Assembly: GCA_001643675.2 (NCBI GenBank)
Contig: LSRY02000044.1
Span: 744,001-808,000, forward strand
Length of the DNA stretch: 64,000 nucleotides
Direction of reading: 5' to 3'
Source of the DNA: Monocercomonoides exilis PA203
Taxonomy: Eukaryota; Protista; Preaxostyla
Shown here in pieces: positions 34,626 to 46,600 of this stretch. The translations under genes were made by a program, and so were the position numbers. Numbering within the stretch: position 1 is the first letter of the stretch; the number at the start of each line of letters is the position of its first letter. Below the pieces are notes generated by a model, which had not been told where the DNA came from, ran no database searches, and was given only the letters and a program-made list of their open reading frames with translations.

Positions 34626-35642
34626 TTGCGATTGCTTTCTTCTTTTATCTGCTCTGCTCTCCTTATTTTACTCTTCCTTCTTCTTCTTCTTCTTCATCCA
34701 GCCCCTTCCTTTACTCCTTCCTCTTCTCCTCCTGTCTCCATCCGTTTTATTCCTCGATCTGCTGCGTCTTCCTCCTCCTCGTCTGCATTCACAGGAATGG
34801 AAGGGGCAGAGAGCCAGCTGGAAGAACAGGCAGATTTGGACTCGACTTTTCTGATCCCGCCGAGAGAGAAGCGGAGCAGCGAGACAAGAATTGTTGCTAT
34901 TTCTCCCCTGACATCATCATCAACACTATCATCATCATCATCATCATCATCTTCTTCTTCTTCTTCTTCTTCTTCTTCTTCTTCTTCTTCTTCTTCTTCT
35001 TCTTCTTCTTCTTCTTCTTCTTCTTCTTCTTCTTCTTCTTCTTCTTCTTCTTCTTCTATTTCAGCCTCTTCCATTGCAAAGAAGCTGAGCGCTGTGCTGT
35101 TTTCCACCGCTTCTTCACAGTCATCCACATTCAGCGTGAGCAATCTGCCTTCTTCGTCTGATGCTTCGTCTGTTGTTGTGCCGCAGCTGATGAGTCAGTC
35201 TTATTCTTCTGGTGTGAGTGACACACAGGAGACGAGTGGGCTGGCAGAGGACGAAGGAATGAAGGCATTTCACGAGATGCTTTTGGAGAGGCAGGCTGAG
35301 GCAGGGAAGAAGAAGGAGGAGAAAGAGAAAGAGAAAGAGAAGAAGGAAGAGAAGGAGAAAGAGAAGGAAGAGAACAAAGAAGAAGATAAAGCAACAGAAG
35401 GGAATGAAGCAAATATTAATCAGAACAGTTCTGTTTCATCTTTATCTGATTTGAAGACGAATACAACTGAAAAGAAGGCCAGTGCTTCAAACAGACAGCC
35501 ATATGCCAATATCTTCCAGGAAATTAAGATTCTGTCTGCTGTTTACAACACACAAGTGCCTGAAATACCAGAAATGCCTTCTTCATTTGCTGTTGTGGAA
35601 GATGAAGAGAAGATGAAAGAGAAGGAGAAAATGAAAATTTGA
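34626..35642 (+). CDS. possible Ser/Glu-rich low-complexity protein or fragment
   Basis: 338-codon open frame with a long (TCT)n poly-Ser tract and GC-richer coding-like segments; start uncertain (ATG 34797 or spliced). Confidence 0.4.
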   Translation: MRLLSSFICSALLILLFLLLLLLHPAPSFTPSSSPPVSIRFIPRSAASSSSSSAFTGMEGAESQLEEQADLDSTFLIPPREKRSSETRIVAISPLTSSSTLSSSSSSSSSSSSSSSSSSSSSSSSSSSSSSSSSSSSSSSSSSSISASSIAKKLSAVLFSTASSQSSTFSVSNLPSSSDASSVVVPQLMSQSYSSGVSDTQETSGLAEDEGMKAFHEMLLERQAEAGKKKEEKEKEKEKKEEKEKEKEENKEEDKATEGNEANINQNSSVSSLSDLKTNTTEKKASASNRQPYANIFQEIKILSAVYNTQVPEIPEMPSSFAVVEDEEKMKEKEKMKI

Positions 35643-36032
35643 AAGCACAATGTTTAAGAGATGTGTAAATATTGAATTTATTTTGAAAATTGTTCCGAAG
35701 AAACAATTATAATTGCAAAGGAAAAAAAGTTTAAGCTCTCTATTTTCGGAATACAAGTCATTTTTCATTACATAAATTCAAAAGCCAATGAACTATCATT
35801 TTTTTCAGATATTTAAAAGTTATAGATTATTGATTTCATAGAACTCATCAATATTTGTATTTATGAATAAAAGAAGTTGCTTAATTAAAAAAATTATAAA
35901 TTTGTAAATATATTCAAGTTTTTTGCTTTATCAGTTTTTCTCCAAAATTTTTCAGCCCATACTTAGTTATTTTTTAAGTTGCATTTATTTATTTTTTTGA
36001 TATTGCAAAAAGAGGGCAGCAAATTTTTTTTG

Positions 36033-39000
36033 ATGGAGCTACCATATGTGCTATCTTATGGAAGAGAGCCAAGTATGAGCATTGTTTAATTTTTGGAAAG
36101 TAGATGTTATTTGTTTGCGTATTATCATAATAATTAGTGCATACAAATGTTATTTCATTTGAAAAGCCTATGAACGAATATGACGACGAAAAAGAAATGC
36201 TTTATATGATAGAGAAAAGGAAAAAGAAGAAAATTATAGATTCGCCTTTGAAAGCGCTTCATAATGATGTTAATTTAGAAAGAGCGAAGAATTTTCGCGA
36301 AATTTTTCTTGATAATACTTCGAAAAGGCAAGTTAAAAGAATTAAAGACCCAAGTTTTTCATTGGAAGAAGAAGAAATTGATGCATCAGAAACAAATTAT
36401 CATTTTGAGGATTTTTCTCAGTATTCCAACCTTCTTTCGCTAACAATGGAATGTTGTAATCTCACGAAGATTAGTATTTTTGATGAAAATAAAGAGGATG
36501 ATATAAGTCCATCAACGTTGGAAGGTTGTTTGAGCGATTGTTCTCCAAAGCGCGTTATTTCAAATAATCAATTTGCTTCTCTGAGAATTGTCCAATTGCA
36601 GCATAATCATCTTAAATTCGATGCTCTTTGGAATCTATCTTATTTGCCTCTTGTTGAGGTTATTGATTTGTCTTCTAATAATTTAGGATCTTTTTCATTC
36701 GAAGAAATTTCTTTCCTTCAAGCACGAATGAAGAACAGCTTTAAGAGACATTCAATGCATGGCAAATCGCTGAATTTTTATGAAGAATCTACGAGAAATA
36801 TGTTAGTTAATTCTTGTGGTACGTGCTCTGGAAATGTCAACTTTCCGTCATTGCACACATTAATACTCAACCAAAACAAACTTAATGAGTCTGTGTTTTG
36901 CTCAACATTGAGGCCAATGCTCCGTTTGATGAAAAAACTATCGCGCCTTTCGCTTTCTGGCAACAAGCTGCACACTTTGCCTCCGTTCATACCGCCTCCA
37001 AGTGGATTTGGATATAAGAACACAATTTTGGCAGAATCTGGAAAAGTTACAAATGAAAGTGAAATTTTAGAAAAGAAGGAAGGAAGCAATGAAGCAATAC
37101 AAGCAAAAGAAATAGATGATGGAGAAAATGAGAGGTTTCAAGATATCAAGACGGATAAAGAAATAAAGAAAGGAGCTGATGCAATAAGGGAACAGGATAG
37201 CGTTGATTCGAGTGAATTGTGTGATTCAGACATGAAAGGCGAGGAAAGTCTATTTGACTTTTTGGACGAAGAACGCGATGTCAGCTTGGATGCCTCGCAT
37301 TCTCTCTCCTCGCTGCTGTATTTGTCTCTCTCGCACAATCCTCTGCCTGCTGCGTCGCTCTTCCGAATTGCCAGCTCTGTTCTTCCGCTGCCGTCGCTTC
37401 GGTGCCTCGTCTTGTGCGGCACAGAAGCCGGCGCAGCAGCAGCAGACAATGCGATTCTGAGGCAGCTGGTTGTGGAAAGTGTGCCGAGTGTGTTTGACGA
37501 CGAGCGGAGAGAAAGAGCGCGGCGTGTGGGCGCTCTGAAGGCAGAGATAGCGAAAAGCAAGAGAGAAGAAAGGGGAGATTTGCTAAAGAACAGCAGGGAG
37601 AACGCTGATAGGACAGATGGATCGGATCATTCGGTACATTCGTTGGAGTTTGAGCCGACATTGTCAGATGTATTTCTTCATCCTCAGACAATCAACAGAA
37701 ACTCAACTACTTACACACTCGCCACATCTGTCACTGCAAGCGAGTTTTCGATCGATTGCAAGCCAACCACACCTTCAAAAAACAATTTATCAGCTGAAAG
37801 TATGTGCAGGGCTTGGGAAAGAGTTGAAAGGGGGAAATATTTTTTTGAAATATTTTGAGAGAGAATATGTGAATAGTTAGATAATTTCTTTTTTTATTAT
37901 TATTATTTCTAACAATATATACTAATTTTTATTCATTTGATAACACCACAAAGACAACTCAACACAAGACACGCACACGTCTGCTGCGCTGAAGTTCTAT
38001 CCATCCATCGACACTCTCTTTGGCCTTTCCGAGCCGCACCCCAAAATCGTCATTCAACACTCTCCGCTTTGTGGTGTCATGGCATCAGATAAAGTTTTGG
38101 CGCCGGCTGCTTCGCCAATTCGGATACCGACTCCGTCTTCGCCGCCAGCCACGCGCCAGCTGACGTCTTCGCTCACATCACGCACAGCACAAACAACACA
38201 CACAAATCAGACAAATCAGACACCGTCTTCGTTTCTCTCCTCTTTGATCCCTGCTTCTGCCTCTTCTTCATCTTCTTCCTCTCCTTCAAATGCATTTTCT
38301 TCAAACATTTCACAGACAAGAATTCCTTCAGTGATGGCACAACGACAGCGCGACAGACAGCAAATAACTGGAAGCTCAATGAAGCGTTTTTCCAAATCGA
38401 CAACAGACGGGAAACTTCGGATAGACAAAATGGAAACTATTTTGCCTTCAAAAGATAGGTTTTTATATTTTCTTAATGGAACTTGTTATTCATTTAAATG
38501 TTAATATTTTAACTTCTAATACTTTATATTCTTAAATTTTTATTCATTCAGAATGGCAATCATTGCACCTGAGCGTGAGTCTGTCCGCCTTCACGACATC
38601 CGCCAAAAACGGAAGAAACTGTCAACAGAAGCACTTGTCGACTTATTGTTCACTTCTTCTTCAACCGACATGAATGAGCCATCTTCTATGTCATCATCTT
38701 CTTCTTCTTCAACACTTCCTTCTTCTTCTTCTTCTTCCACTTCAGGCTCAGCACTTTCATTCAAACCACCTCGGAGAACACTTCCTCAGCAGCCTGTCAA
38801 ATCCACCATCTTCAAAGCAACAGAATCCATGTACGACCTAACGGCGCCTGCCGAAAGTGAGTTTATTCTTCCATTTTTCACCAACAGCTCAACCGCCTCT
38901 TCTGCTTCTTCTTCTGTTGCTTCATTGGGCAGAGCTGGTTTGGTGTCTTACTCAGCAAAAAAGACAATCAACGCCAAGTTCGATGAAAGAGAGGAAGCAT

Positions 39001-40754
39001 CTGAAGATGCACAGAAATACAGCGGAACTCTTCCTCCACTACAAAGTGGAATGCGAAATGAGAGCAGAAATTCGCTTAATGAGCACAGCAATAACACTGC
39101 GCAGAAGGAGAAGAGTGGAAGTGGAGGAAAAGAAAAAGAGGAAGAGGATGATGATGAAGATGCAGGAGACAAACTGATTGACAAGCTGTTAGATGGAATT
39201 GAGAGAGAAAAGGTGAAGCAGAAGAAAGAGAAAGAGCGAAAAGAAAGGGAACTTGAGAAGAAGCTGGCGATGGAGCAAGAAGAGCGAGCGAAGGAGAAGG
39301 AAAAGCAGATGCAAGCAGCTCAGCTGAGTGGAACTTTGTCTGAAAAGGAGATGCAAACACACTCGTCGACAAGAGCAGCACAGGCACATCTGCCGCCGCT
39401 GGAACACAATCAGAGCGAGTCGACGATTCGCATTCAGACAGCAAATAAAGAGGGAGTAAATGGGAATGGCAAGAAGGAAGATAAAAGTGTGGAAGGAGTG
39501 AGTAGTGTTGGAGGAGGAGGAGGAGGAGATGCAGGTGAAGGATCAGAAGAAGGAAAAGAAAACGTGAAGAAGAGTTGGGGAGATGTGGTTGGAGACAATA
39601 TTAAAAAGGCTATTGAGAAAGGAAAAGAGAAGAAACAGAAGGAAAGAGAAAAAAAGCAGAAAGCTGAGTATGAAAAGCAGATGAAGAGAGCAAAAGAAAG
39701 AGAAGAGAAGTTCAGAAGACACAGGAAGGGAAAATACAACAAGACATTTGATGGCACTGAAGATGATGAGCAACAAGAGGGAGAGCAAAGGAAAGCATCG
39801 AGTGTGATTGGAGGGAGTCGATTGTCTGACTTTTTGGCGGAACGGGCAGGAATTCAGATGAAGATGCAGAAGAGGAAGGAAAAAGAGGCTTTGATGAAAC
39901 GGAATGAAGAGGAGATTCTGAAGGAAAAAGAAAAGATCAGAAAAAGAAAAGAAAAAGAGGAAAGAAAAAGAAAGAAAATGGAAGAGAAAAAGAGAAGAGA
40001 AGATGACAGAACATTTTTAACAGGAACAAGCGAAGAAGAAAGATTGGCAGCTGAAGAAGAAGATGATGAAGAAGAGGAAGAGGAGGAAGAAGAAGAAGAG
40101 GAAGAGAAAGAAATGAACAAGGGAACATATGGAGAATTTGATGATAACGAAGACAAAGGAAAGCTTCATTCATCAGGCACATCATCATTCTCTCCATCAG
40201 ACACAGGAAAAGACGATATTCAGCCGATTTCTTTGCCTCTTTCGTATCGTCAGGCGATTGTTGCATTGAGATTTATTTTGGAGCATCCGATTCAGACACA
40301 ACCGCCTCCTCCGCTGCCTCGTTTCAACTTTGGGTCATCTTCTTTGTACGACCATCTACAGAACTCGAAGGTGGATGAAGCGAAAATGAAGGAGGTTTTG
40401 TTCATTCGGAATGTGATAATACGAAAGGAGGAAGAGAGCGAGAGAGAACGAAAGCAAATGGAACAGGAAGAGAACGAACGAATGCTAAAGGAGCAGAAGG
40501 AGAGGAAGCGGATAAGAGAGCAGCGGAGGCGCGAGAGAGAGAAGAGAAGGGCGGAAGAAAGGAAGCAGATTGAAGAGGCAGCAAGAGAAAGGAGAAAGTT
40601 GGAATCACTTGAAAGCGGATTTGATGTGACTGGGTCGAGCGAAGGAGTGGAGCACAACGTAGCAAAGATGGATGCAGTGTTGGAGAAGATTGAAGGAGAA
40701 GCTGCCAAGCTGATTGATGATTATTCAGATATATTGAATGCACGCGAGGAATAG
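36033..40754 (+). CDS. leucine-rich-repeat protein (possibly XRRA1-like) with charged coiled-coil C-terminus, multi-exon
   Basis: LRRs LRIVQLQHNHL, VEVIDLSSNNL, LHTLILNQNKL, LSRLSLSGNKL, LLYLSLSHNPL; short exon 1 (ATG 36033) splices in frame at 36138; later exons ~37950-38458 and 38552-40754. Confidence 0.75.
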
Positions 40755-41115
40755 TTGAAGTGTTTAAATGATGTCTTGTTAATTATTTACAAAGCATTTT
40801 AAAAAATATATGTTTGTTTTTGAAAATTCAGTTAATTCATATTTTTTTAGTTGAGTCAATTTCACTTTTTATAGTTTTTCTAAAAACTCAAAATAATTTT
40901 GCAATGTTTTATTTTAAAAAATTCAGAATAAAATTAAAATCAAATGGCTGAACCTTTTTGAAATCCGTCTTTAATTGGAGATTTTATATATATTATAAAA
41001 ATAAAAAATAGCCAAAATTTCAAAAAAAGTTTTATGTTCGCAAATTTTAAAAAAACAATCAAAATTTTCGAAAGCATATTCTCCAATTGTTAAACAAATG
41101 AATTTTTTTTTTTTT

Positions 41116-41149
<34 letters not shown>

Positions 41150-41176
41150 GAGACTCAATTTTCACAATTGATAAAT

Positions 41177-41707
41177 GGGTGATAAATAAAGACATTATAT
41201 TTTTCAATTCAAAACTTTAGGATAAAAAAAATACACCTTGAATATCAACAAAAGAACACTGAAAAGTTAAAGGCCTAAAAAAGTTGGGGGAAAAAATACG
41301 GACTTTCATGCGTGTTTTTCACAAAGCACAAAAAATTTCTTCACTGATAACTTCATTAACCTTTTTCTCATTATTCAATAAACCGGATTTTCATATCTTT
41401 AAATGGGCATCCTTGATAAAAAATCATCAAGTTTTGTGATCTCACATTAATGAAAAATTACGAACACATTTTTTATGTATTTTTTGATCACAAAAAGTAC
41501 ATCCACTGTTCAAAGGATTTCAAAAAAATTTAACTTGAAGATGCTTTTTTTCCTCCATATCTTCGTCTTCATTAAAAACAAAAACATTCGTTTTTGAAAC
41601 ATTTGTAATGTATTTTGCATTTAAATGCAAAATCACTTTCCAATGACAAATGACCTTTGAAAAATTAATTCATTGAATAAAAGATTTGATTTCAATAATA
41701 ATCACCT
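41177..41707. mobile_element. degenerate non-autonomous element of the GGGTGAT-terminus family
   Basis: Left gggtgataaat; right end reverse-complements to aggtgattattattgaaatc...ttaattttcaaag, matching the family TIR; AAAT on both flanks. Confidence 0.55.
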
Positions 41708-42077
41708 AAATATACAAATTGTAATCTGTGAATGAAGATTATTTTTTGAATTCTTCTGTTGCTTGACAATTGGAAAAAATCATTTGTCTGACACAAAAAA
41801 AAAAAAAAAAAAAAAGAAAGAAAGAAAGAAAGAAATAAAATAAAAAAATCGATAAAGAAAACTTTGAAAGACTTTTTAAAGCACTTTGAAAAAGAAATGT
41901 TGACAGTATTTGAAATCTCTGTTTTTTTTCCTTTTTGTTGGTAACCGACACTGATGGCCAATGACAAATTGAGACAAAAAATTCCTCTTCTGACATTTCC
42001 AGTCCATAAATAATAATTGTTTGGAGCTTGAACATTTTTATTAAAAATTTGATTTTTTCAAAATAATTTGAACAGTT

Positions 42078-42317
42078 GGTTAATTCTTTTTGAAAAGTCG
42101 CCAATGTTTTATTTTCAAATAAATAAAAAATTTCATATTTTGCTCATATTTATGTTAATATACACCAAACTTCACAGATAAGGAATCTATTTCTGGAGAA
42201 TGCGATTTCAAGCATCCTAAAGAAGATTTGTGAGCGGAAACATAAATGTGAGCAAAATGTGAAATTTCTGATTTATTTGAAAATTTAACATTTGCAACTT
42301 TTCATAAAGAATCACCC
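42078..42317. mobile_element. 240-bp foldback MITE (family A), copy 2
   Basis: ttctttttgaaaagtcgccaatgttttattttcaaataaat matches 3494-3534; inverted arm ends aaagaatcaccc; AGTT on both flanks. Confidence 0.85.
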
Positions 42318-42542
42318 AGTTTTATATTGATTTATTGATTATATTAATACATAATCAAAAATTGTTGAACCGTGAATATTTCAACAATTGACAAATCATC
42401 AAAATCTTGTCAGTCATTATTTCATTGTTTCAATTTTTTCTTTTCATGTCGCAGAGGTCTTATTCAAAAAGATGAATTGAATGAAAGGATCGAATAAGTG
42501 TTTATCCATTCAATAATTAAAAGCTTCGAAGAATAAAGTCTA

Positions 42543-42575
<33 letters not shown>

Positions 42576-42577
<2 letters not shown>

Positions 42578-42828
42578 GTGATTATTTTTGAAATCATAAA
42601 CTTTTTCGGGGTGTTAATTTTCAAAGATAGTTAGTTTTTTGAATGAAATTTTTATTTAAAAGAGAAAAAGCATGACAATTGCTTTTTAAAACAAATGGTT
42701 TTTCCGAATCAAAGATTAAAAGGCATTCAATAAGTTTTTTCACTTTTCAATTTTTTTATTGATACTCAAGAAGTGTTTTGCACCGAATTTTTTGTATGAA
42801 AAAAATATGATTTCAAAAATAATCACCC
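42576..42828 (-). mobile_element. 253-bp MITE derived from the 6029-7757 element
   Basis: First ~165 bp align to the reverse complement of ~7585-7757 and last ~45 bp to that of 6029-6075; perfect TIR gggtgattatttttgaaatcata; ATAT on both flanks; abuts (TA)n at ~42547-42575. Confidence 0.9.
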
Positions 42829-43065
42829 ATATCCAGAGAAGTTTTTGTTAAAATCAAAAAATTTTGAAGTCAAAAAAATTTTCAATTGTTTCATTCAAAC
42901 AAAATTCTATTGTGTTATTTTTAAAAACTGAATAATTTTATTGCGCAGATTCAAAAAAAGTCAAAGAAATAAAAAATCGAGTTCGATAAATTAAAAATAT
43001 TGACTGACAAAGTGTTGATTTTTTTCTGAAAGCTTATTTGAACAACAACAACAACAACAACAACA

Positions 43066-43096
<31 letters not shown>

Positions 43097-43614
43097 AAAA
43101 AAAAAAAAATCAATCTCAAGAAACATTACTTCATACTGGATAATAATTCCTTCAAATCAATCCCATTTTTCTTTTATTTTTTTCCACAAAGACATTCAAC
43201 ATTCTTTGAAAAGACTATGTTAAAATCTTTAAAAAAATAAACTGAGGATTCATGAGTATTCAATATTTTTTTTAATGATTTTTTCCATTTTGTCAAAGAA
43301 AATACTTATGAAAATGTTAAAAATAATTGACAAGTATCTAATGCTAATCAATTATTTCAATTTAAAAACCGTGAAAAACACAAACATGTTACAAAGCTAT
43401 ATCATTTCTCATTAAAAGAGAAAAAAAAATTGAAAATACATACAGAAAACCTAAAAGAGACTTAAAAATCAACAAATAACTGTGACTTATATGTAAAAAA
43501 TTCAATCATTTCCCTTTATTATTTGCAAAATACAGGAATGCTAATGAAAAGGATTTGTTTCTGTTAAAGTTAGCATTCACTTTTGGTAAAATAATCTCAC
43601 TGCATTTATCGCAT

Positions 43615-46600
43615 TCATTTTGGCTTTGGAAGACTAGGAAGTTTTCCTGCTTGCAAAGTCAAGTCCTGACTTATTCGCTCCAAAATAGCTGACCCCGATA
43701 TACATTCCTAACAATATGCAAACGATTGTGATTTCAGAAATAAAAATCAGAAATATTAATCAGAAAAATAAATATTTTTTGAATAGAAAATGCATTTCTA
43801 ATTTTCAAATAATTTTGAAAAAAATAAACTCATAAAAGCAATGAGAAACTTATGTGTAATATATAAACATTTTCATATCTTATTTGCTTTTAAATTTTAT
43901 ATTCCACATTCTCATTTGAACAAATGCACACCTGCAATTTCTGCCTCTTCACTTCTTCTCGTGCCACAAGCTCCTCGATAACGAAGTTCCTCACATATCC
44001 TTTCGTCACAGTGCTTGTACAGTCCGGGCATTGTGTTTTTCCACCTTTTCCACACAAATAAGCACAGCTTCTGCAAAGTGTGTGTCCGCAAGGAATGAAA
44101 GTGACAGGAGTGGTCAACAGTTTCAAACAGCGCCTGCAACTTAAAGAAACCTGAATAACACAAACAGATGGAAAATGATGGAATAAATTAGCGCATGTTT
44201 CAAAATGAATTTCATTATTGTCTCTCACTGACTTTTAATAAACAAAAATCTTTCAGATGAAAAAGATAAATTGTTAAAAAACACTTTCTTTTTTTTCCCC
44301 TTTTGTTCAAAACACAACAAATATCTAAAGTTTTCAGATTTCATTCATTGAGACATAAAATGCCACATAAAATCTGCTCTTTTTCTCAATTCAACATACT
44401 GTCATTGCATCATTAACCACTCGAATTGTTTCTTGTGCTGAATGAAGCACATTCAGTTGTTCAGAGAAGGCTGTTGCGGCTTCTCTCATCGTGTCGCTAA
44501 TCTCAAAGAATAATTCCTTATAAAAAATTTTATAGAAAAATTTCGATGCATTTGAATGAATAAAAAAAAAAGAATAACATGAATATTTGTCGAAAAATAA
44601 TGAACAAATGAATTTTCATAATAAAAAATAAGTTTGTAATACCCTGATTGTATTCAATTTGTCTCTATATTCTCTGATTGTGTTATCTTTCTCATTCAAA
44701 TATCTTCTCAAATAATCCATGTTTACAAGGCAATATGACTATAATGACACACATCAAATAAATGAATTCCATTGCAATCATCAAAATATTAAAAGAATCA
44801 ATATAAATATCATAAAATAAAATAAATATTAAATTCAAAAAAATAAAAACTCCACTTCTTTTCTATTCATACCATCCCGTTCCAGTTGTATGATCCTTCG
44901 CCGAGTCTGCCCCTCATTCCGTATTCGCTCACACTCATCCAATCACCCACAGCAACAATCGTTCCTTCTTTTGCCATCTCACTTTTCCTCTTTCTCGACT
45001 CTTCCATCGACTTCTCTCTCTTCAGCAGCACTTTCAGCAGCTGCTCCATCATCCTTTCTCGATCTGTTGGCCCTCTCTTCACAATGCCTGAACTCATTGA
45101 AGAAGAAGAAGAAGATGATGATTGAGATGAAGACGCAGCATTCGTTTGCATTCCTCCTGTTTTCCTTGTGACATTTGAAGGTGATTTGCTTCGTGATTTT
45201 CCTTTTGATTTCTTATCGCTCTCTTTTGTTAACAGCTGATTAATGTTATCTTCACTTATTTCTATCTCTTCCATAATTTCTTCAGCTTCGCTCTTTGCCG
45301 GCGAATTGTTCTGATTGGAATTATCTTCATCTTCTTTTTCCGGCAGATTCATAAATTCAGCAAGTTGCTGAAGTTTATAAGCAAGCGATGGTTTTATTAC
45401 TTGCATGCCTGGCGAAGATTTGGAAGACTTTTGAGTTGATTCTCCAGAAGAAGAAGAAGAAAGTCCCTCGTCTCCCTCATTTGTTTTGTTGCTTTTCCCT
45501 TTTTCAGCTTTCTTTTTCTTTGTTTTCTTTGCTTTTCCTTTATTTGCTTTCTCAGCTGCTTTATTTTCATCTTTCCCAGCATCTTCCTCTTCTTCCTCCT
45601 CCTCCCCTTCCTCTTCTTCCATCGACTTCTGCGCTGCTTTTGCCTTTTCCAGCATGTTCACCACAACATCCACCGAACTCGAGTGGTTCAGCAGAATCGT
45701 CGGAGGAGGTGAAAGAATGCGCGAAACCTCGTCTTCAATCGAAATGACTGTCTGTGTCGAGATTTCTTCACTTTCTTTCGCTCGAAGCTGCTCCTGCAGC
45801 TCACTGATTTCGTTCATCAGAGAATTGATTTGCTTCTGCTGGGCTGAATTTCTATCAAAAATTTAAAATGCAAAAATAAAACGAATTAAACAGAAGGGGA
45901 AAATGAATAATTCAACAACAAACATGATTTTCTCTTCATTCAATACTTTTGTTGCTTCCTCATTTGCATCCTTCAAATCTGCAATTGTCAATTCTTTCTC
46001 ACAAATTTCATCTTTCAGCTTCATTTCGCTAACTTTCAGCTGTTTGATGACTTCTGCATTCTTTTTCTTGTCTTTCTCCATTTCTGCCTTGTCACTTTCC
46101 ATCTTCTCCAAAACTGTGCATTTTTCTTCCCACTTCCTCCTCATTTCGTTCAACTCAATTTCCTGCTTTGCTCTTTCCAGCCGCATATTCTCCATCTCCA
46201 GCGCATTCTCCTTCGCTTTCTTCCTCAAACTCTCAATTTCTGTGCTCTGCTCATTCAATCTCTGTGTCTTCTCTTCCAATTCGCGTGTCTTGTTCATCAG
46301 CTGCAGCACTTGATATGCATTCAGCTCGGCATTCTGCTGGATGGCTGCTTCGAGCTCTGCCAAGTCGACTCCTCCGCTTCCATCTTCTCCTTCTCCTTCC
46401 GTGTATCCCCTTTCTCTCACACTCTCTCTGTTGCCTATCAGAACATCCCCTTCATTCGCTTTGCCACTTGCACTCTGATTTCTGCTTTGCTCTTCTGAAA
46501 TAAACTTCCTCAAAAACTCTTCTTCTCCAATTGGCCCTCCACTCGTGATTTCAGTCTGTGCCAAGTCTGATTTTGATGTCATTGGATAAAAAGAAGGAGA

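Noticed and set aside
41404-41520. Weak inverted repeat (ttttgtgatc/gatcacaaaa)
   Set aside because: Short, AT-rich and inside a degenerate element; not distinguishable from chance.
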